Shown here: one piece after another, positions 57,802-64,000 of the stretch
How positions within the stretch are numbered: position 1 is the stretch's first letter
Layout of the letters: the number at the start of each line of letters is the position of its first letter
Assembly (NCBI GenBank): GCA_964016885.1
Contig: OZ024742.1
Coordinates: 354,330,001 to 354,394,000 of the forward strand
Direction of reading: 5' to 3'
Source: Eledone cirrhosa
Lineage: Eukaryota
DNA length: 64,000 nt
The notes under the pieces: model-generated
Told to the model about the DNA's origin: nothing
Databases searched by the model: none
What the model saw: only the letters and a program-made list of their open reading frames with translations
Translations under genes and position numbers: made by a program

Positions 57802-60618
57802 AAGAAATGAAGAAGGATTCAGACTTCTAGAATTCTGCGACGCCAATGACATGTCGATATGTAACACAAACTTCAAAAAACACGACAACCACCTGATCAC
57901 CTATAGATCAGGGGAGCATTCTAGTCAGATAGATTTTATCCTCATCAGAGGACGTGAGAGATGGACTGTCGTAAACACAAAAGCCTTCCCTAGTGAGGAA
58001 TGTACCTCCCAACATAGCTTAGTTGTCAGCGACATCACGGTCAGAACTAGACGAACCTGGAAACAGAGGCCAACCTGGAGAAGAAAGATCTGGAAGCTGA
58101 AAGACCCCTCGGCCAGTAACAGATTTAAAGATATTTTACTCGACGCCTACGACAGTAAAGAAGCACAGATACAGACATTCAATGTAGAAGAGTACTGGGA
58201 GTTCCAAAAAAGTAACTTACTAGATGCGACGGATGAGATCTATGGCTGAAGTAAAGCACAAGCAGGAGGAGAGTAACTTGATGGTGGCACAATAAGGTAG
58301 ATGAGGCAGTTAAGGCCAAGAGACAGGCATGGAAAGAATGGAAGAACGGGGGAAGCAGGGTACATTACATAGAGACCAAGAGAGAAGCAGAGGATAGCAA
58401 ATTAAGCATGTTTTGCAACGTGAGGACCAGAAACCGGAGGTGCTCAAGATTGCGAGGCATGGTGTCAGAGAGAATTGTGATGTCTTTGGAGAGAAGTGTA
58501 TCCGGAATTATAAAGGTGAGCTGCCCTCACAAGTGCTGAGAAGAAAGATGCATGGAAGAGCCAATATGATAGATTACTAAATGAGGAGAATGCATGGGAA
58601 GAAGAGACCCTACCCCAAATAGACACTATAGAGGGGCCAGCAGTACTATTCAGCAGCAGCGTAGTGAGTAAAGCAATCAAAGATATGAAGATGGGGAAGG
58701 TAACCGGTCCATCGGATATAGCTGCCTAGATCCTGAAGGCATCTGGGTCTGTAGGTCACACTATGACCACACGTATTGTTAACCAGGTAATACTAGAAGG
58801 TGTCATACCAAAATATTGGTGCAGTAGCATCATTGTCAATTGCTACAAAGATAAAGGTGATGAACTAGATAGAGGAAACTATAGAGGTATAAAGCTGATG
58901 GACCAGGTCATGAAAGTAACAGAAAGAGTTATAGCACACTTGATTAGGGACCGGGTGAAACTAGATGAGATGCAATTTGGGTTTGTACCAGGAATAGGCA
59001 CCACTGATGCCCTCTTCAATGTGAGGCAGTTACAGGAAAAGTACCTAGCTAAATGTAAGCCACTCTACCTGGCATTCGTCGATCTCGAGAAAGCCTTTGG
59101 CAGAGTTCCACGTGCTATAATCTGGTGGGCTCTTAGAAAACTATGAGTAGATGAATGGTTCTGAAAGCTGTACAAGCCATGTATAGAGGAGCAGTCAGCA
59201 AATTTAGGATTAGCAATGAGTATAGCGAGGAATTTAGCGTACATGTTGGTGTCCACCAGGGCTCTGTTCTTAGCCCTCTCCTGTTCATAATAGTCCTGCA
59301 GGCAATAACGGAGGAGTTTAAGACCGGATGCCCATGTAACTCCTGTATGCTGATGACCTCGAACTTGTAGCTGAATCTATGGTAGAACTAGAGAAGAAAT
59401 TCCAAACCTGGAAGCAGGGACTAGAAAGAAAGGGTCACGAAGTCAACATGACAAAGACTAAGGTCCTTGTAAGTAGACCAGAAATTAGAACCCAGATCCC
59501 CTCAGGGAAATGGCCTTGCTCAGTATGTAGGAAAGGTGTAGGTAGGAACTCCACTCTGTGCCCCAAATGCAAACAATAGGTACAGAGGAGATGTAGCGGG
59601 ATCTCAGGAACCTTAATTAAGAATGTAGGCTTCACATGCAGCAGCTGTACTGGGACAGCAAGCAGCAAACAGCCACAGGAAACAAGTACCACCAATCTCT
59701 GGGAGGGCTCTGTAGAAACAGTAGACAGCTTATGCTACCTAGTTGACAGAATTAGCAGTGGAGGTGGGTGTTCAGAAAGTACAATATCTAGGGTAAGAAC
59801 GGGATGGTAGAAGTTCAGGGATCTACTGCCACTGCTAGCTGCAAAAGGCTTCTCCCTCAAAATGAAAGGCAGACTGTATGATGCGTGTATCCGAACAGCA
59901 ATGTTACATGGTAGTGAGACCTGGGCGCTGAAGGTGGAATACTTACATAGATTAGAGAGAAACGAAGCCTGCATGCTCCGATGGATGTGTAATAGTAATA
60001 TACGTGAACGGCAAAGCATAAAGGAATTGAGAGAGAGACTGAGCATAAGAGGAATCAAATGCTGTGTGCAGGAGAGGCGGTTGCGTTGGTATGGACATGT
60101 GATGCGTATGAAAGGTGGCAGCTGCATAAAAATGTGCAGAGCACTAGAAGTCAATTGAAACCGCGGAGTGGGGAGACCCAAGAAGACCTGGGATGAGGTG
60201 ATAAATGCTAACATTACCCAATTATGCCTCTCAAAGGCGATGACACACGACCGTGACCTCTGGCGTCACGCAGTAATACAGAGTACCCGACCTGTCATGG
60301 GTACAAGCGGAAGCATATAGACAAGATGTGCCCCCCCCCACACACTGCAATGTGGTCGTGGAGGTGCAACGGCAAAAAAGTACCCAGCCCACTCTGTAAA
60401 GTGGACGTGTAGGCGCCACGGAAAAAAAGCATCCAGCACTTACTGTAAATGAGGTTGTTGTTAGGAAGGGCATCCAGCTGTGGAAATCAAGCCAAAATCA
60501 GTTCCTGTATGAGCAATGCATGGTCAGCCGACCAGACACTGCTCACAACACCAAAAACCGTCTAACCCATGCTAGCATGGAAGAACGGACGTAAAACGGT
60601 GATGATGATGATGATGAT
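57802..60618 (+). mobile_element. RTE-clade LINE, 5'-truncated pseudogene
   Basis: APE end (RNEEG..SQIDFIL), RT (NYRGIKL, QFGF, AFVDLEKAF, GVHQGSVLSP, YADD), Cys-rich insert CSVC..CPKC..CSSC, LHGSETW, RLRWYGHVMR, (GAT)n tail. Confidence 0.92.
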
Positions 60619-60653
60619 ATATATAGCAAAGGAGTCAGGACTATGTTCTATGT

Positions 60654-60732
<79 letters not shown>

Positions 60733-61064
60733 ATGACAGCTTTGTTTGGTGCATTTAATAGCTAACGATCGTTTCTTCCAAACACTTGTCTGAGTTCATT
60801 GGAGCATATTCAATGTTATAACAAATAAATTCCCAATCCTTTGAACATTCATTAAGATATATTATATTTGAGAAGACTAATAATAATTATTAGTGTCAGT
60901 TACAATATACTGAGGAATAAGAGTAAATGAAAATCACAATGAAAAGACAGCCACATATTAAAAAAGTATTACAAAGAGAATCTGTTTTGAAGCTATATGA
61001 TATGTGCAAGGAATATTACTTATAAATCAATATATCAAGTATATCATACCAATAATATCAATAA

Positions 61065-61368
61065 CTGTTTCAACTTTTGGCACAAAGCCACCAAGTACCC
61101 CAGTGCGTTACTGGTACTTAATTTTATCGACCACGTAAGGATGAAAGCCAAAGTTAACCTCGGCGGAATTTGAACTCAGAACGTGTAGGGTCATAAGTAT
61201 ATGATGCAAAGCATGGTGTCTGATGCTCTATCGATGATGTAAATCCTCCGCCTTTAAAGAATATAACAATAATATAAATAATTGTTTCTACATTAGGCAC
61301 AAGGCCAGCAATTTCCCAGTGCATTACTGGTACTTTATTTTATCGACCCCGTAAGGATGAAAGGCAAA
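61065..61368 (-). mobile_element. two adjacent SINE copies (61065-61252, 61281-61368)
   Basis: Same family as 6087-6265. Confidence 0.8.
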
Positions 61369-61633
61369 ATTAACAATAATATAAATAATAGCAGAGAACA
61401 TGCATTAAGGTAAGGTAATTGTGTAGTGATAGCATACATATAGGTGTTATGTATTATAAGTAATACATGATGTATTCATTATAGGCAAAGGTATATATGC
61501 AAAAAGTATTATAAACAGTTTTATAAAGTTTATTTAGAAAACCTTAATATCTATAGTTGTGACGTGCGTAAGCAATAAGTATACAAACACCTTAATATAT
61601 TAATACACTCCTTGTAACTTCTTTATATATGTA

Positions 61634-61689
<56 letters not shown>

Positions 61690-61693
<4 letters not shown>

Positions 61694-62145
61694 AGTACAA
61701 TAACAAAAACACACATATTAACACACACTAGTGAACAAAGAGAGAATACAAAAACGCATACACTCAAACACGAACACACACACCAAGCAGGATACACACA
61801 CGCAAACATGTGCACAAACAGAGGCATAGATAAGACTAAATGAATAAATTAATTATTTAAATAAAAGAGGCGTAGGCATTACAATACAATGGGAGGAAAC
61901 ATAATAGTACCACTGATGATGGCACTGATGTGTGACGAAAGAACTTTGATAGACTATACATAATTTTATATCTGTATACATAACCGTTGTTCAATCAATG
62001 ATAAACATTGATTACCAGGTAAATTAAATATGGAGATATAAAATATACAGAAGCGAAAATCAACCCAAACCAAACAGTGAGTGTGTTCTGGTGTTATTTC
62101 TGGCAATATTATAACAATATGACTCTCCCAAAATTTAACAATATT
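61690..62145 (+). mobile_element. PLE 3' UTR fragment with HHR (61904-61957)
   Basis: Homologous to 16250-16706; CUGAUGA..GAC-GAAA-GAAC-UU/UGAUAGACUAU. Confidence 0.75.
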
Positions 62146-62279
62146 TGTTTCAAAACACGATTACATCTCAAAGACATTGCAAAACGTATATATATATATA
62201 TACTCAGCCGTCGGGGTCCTGACTCCTTTCCTACACACACACACCCCCACACACACCCCCACACACATATATATATATG

Positions 62280-63497
62280 TGTGACTAGACATAGGGTTAG
62301 ACATGTAACACCTAGAGTAAACGGCCAAAACACGAATAACGTAAACCCTAGAAACAATAGAAGAAACAGACAAAGAAAATACCTATGGTTCAACCCAATA
62401 TTCAACTCCTCTATAAAAACTAGACTGCCCTCTATATTCTTTAAACTAATAGATAAACACTTCCCTATCTCGCATAGATATCACAAAATACTCAATAGAT
62501 CTACTATAAAACTCTCTTTCTCAACAGAAGCTAACATAGAATCACACATACGCAAGATCAACCACAGAAATATCTCAAGTAAATCAATTGCACCTATACA
62601 TAAGCACAAACTCATCACAACATCACAACCACAAGCGCATACGAACGCGCAGCAGCAAAACCCCATTGGCCATATATCACAACCCACTTATAACAGGGTA
62701 CTAAATAGGAATGTAAAGGCTGCACAAAATAGCGCCTCAAACTGCAACTGTCACCTCCCAGATAGGTGCCCATTGGCGAATAGATGTCTCGATTCGAGCC
62801 TGGTGTACATGTGCACTGTCATCTCGGGTAACTCCACCTGGAATTACATAGGATCCACCGCGGGTTCTTTTAAGAAAAGATGGTATGTGCACAGGCACTC
62901 AATGAAAAACCGAGCACTTATGGGTTCCACCACCCTCGCCAGAAAAATATGGGAATTGAAGGACAGCAACGCTAGCTACACTATCAACTGGTCGAAGTTG
63001 TCGGCTGCTAAAACCTATAGTACAGGGATGTCCTATTGCAGGCTGTGTGATCTTGAGCTATTGTATATCCTTTGAAATGTTAAAAGGCTACTTAATAATA
63101 AGTTAGAAAGATCTATCTTCTGCAGACATAGAATAGCCACTAAATTCATAAGATTCAAACCTCCGTGAATCGAACCAACATAACATAGCTTTAAATTAGG
63201 ATACCTACTACCCACAGAAATATATTCATTAAGTATACTATTTCCTTCACAAGTCTATACCGCACAATTGTCTGTAAATACCTCATCTACCAACAATCTT
63301 ACTCCTTCTCAGCTGCTGCAATCATTTGATCCTAGATCCTAGTTTTTTCTCATTTCACTACTACAATGTTACTTTACCCTCTTTTTGCCATAATTACAAT
63401 TAGCAGGCTTTTCTCTTTGCATGTATGTATATTTTCGTACGAGTGTATATTGATGTGTATCTATGTGTCTATGTACACATATATGTGTGTATATATT

Positions 63498-63553
<56 letters not shown>

Positions 63554-64000
63554 TAGATATATGCGTATATTAATTCGTTAACCTCTGTATTAACTCTACA
63601 ACTATTGAGCTTTGACAGTGGTCCCACTCATGTATACTGTTGAAGATGAAGAGAAAGACTGTAAAAACTAGCTTATCTTTATAATTTAAAATTGATACAC
63701 ACTACGATACTTTTTGCCTTATGACAGCTGGTTTTCCCGCCGTAACATTAGATACATTATATACCCCCCACCTAAGTAATGTCAGGGTCTCCTTAAATAG
63801 TTTATTGATAGCATTGTTTTAATAGTTGTTGTTGATATTGTTCTAATTGAATGCCATAACTACTCCATATTTTCTTTACTTTTCTTGCCTGTGTATTTTC
63901 TTCATTCTCGCATGCTCCGAAGATCTGACTGGTTATAATTCTAAATTGGCGATCGAGTGACGCAAAATTAGGCGGATAGCGATCTCTAGACATACCAGCT
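62280..64000 (+). mobile_element. Penelope-like element (linker + GIY-YIG + UTR), runs off the window
   Basis: ORF to 63075: LWFNPIF, CNCHLPDRCPLANRC, LVYMC..YIGSTAG, CRLCDLE; same family as 775-2823. Confidence 0.9.

Noticed and set aside
62077-63075. 332-aa ORF as an intact gene
   Set aside because: Chimeric read-through of two repeat fragments and microsatellite into a truncated PLE; there is no RT.

Overview
AT-rich animal DNA with no recognisable host gene. The (TA)n/(CA)n load and tRNA-derived SINEs suggest a cephalopod such as Octopus; this is inference. The window is almost entirely mobile DNA: several decayed Penelope-like elements (PLEs, RT + GIY-YIG), one RTE LINE, a small LTR element, a Helitron-like element and many SINEs. 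The main signal is an unusual density of hammerhead ribozyme (HHR) motifs, found by eye as CUGANGA-stem II-GAAA-palindromic stem III-NUH-stem I. They occur in PLE 3' ends, in small foldback elements, and in a 311-bp head-to-head tandem array (22764-25209) carrying eight intact copies, a retrozyme-like concatemer. A second, nearly invariant 615-bp x 12.6 array (44866-52645) carries an atypical hammerhead-like fold with a CUGAUAGA core. Nearly all of these elements sit inside (TA)n. Several HHRs deviate from consensus (U3:A8 swap, one-base core insertion, 60-100 nt stem II). Ribozyme activity and expression are not shown by the sequence.
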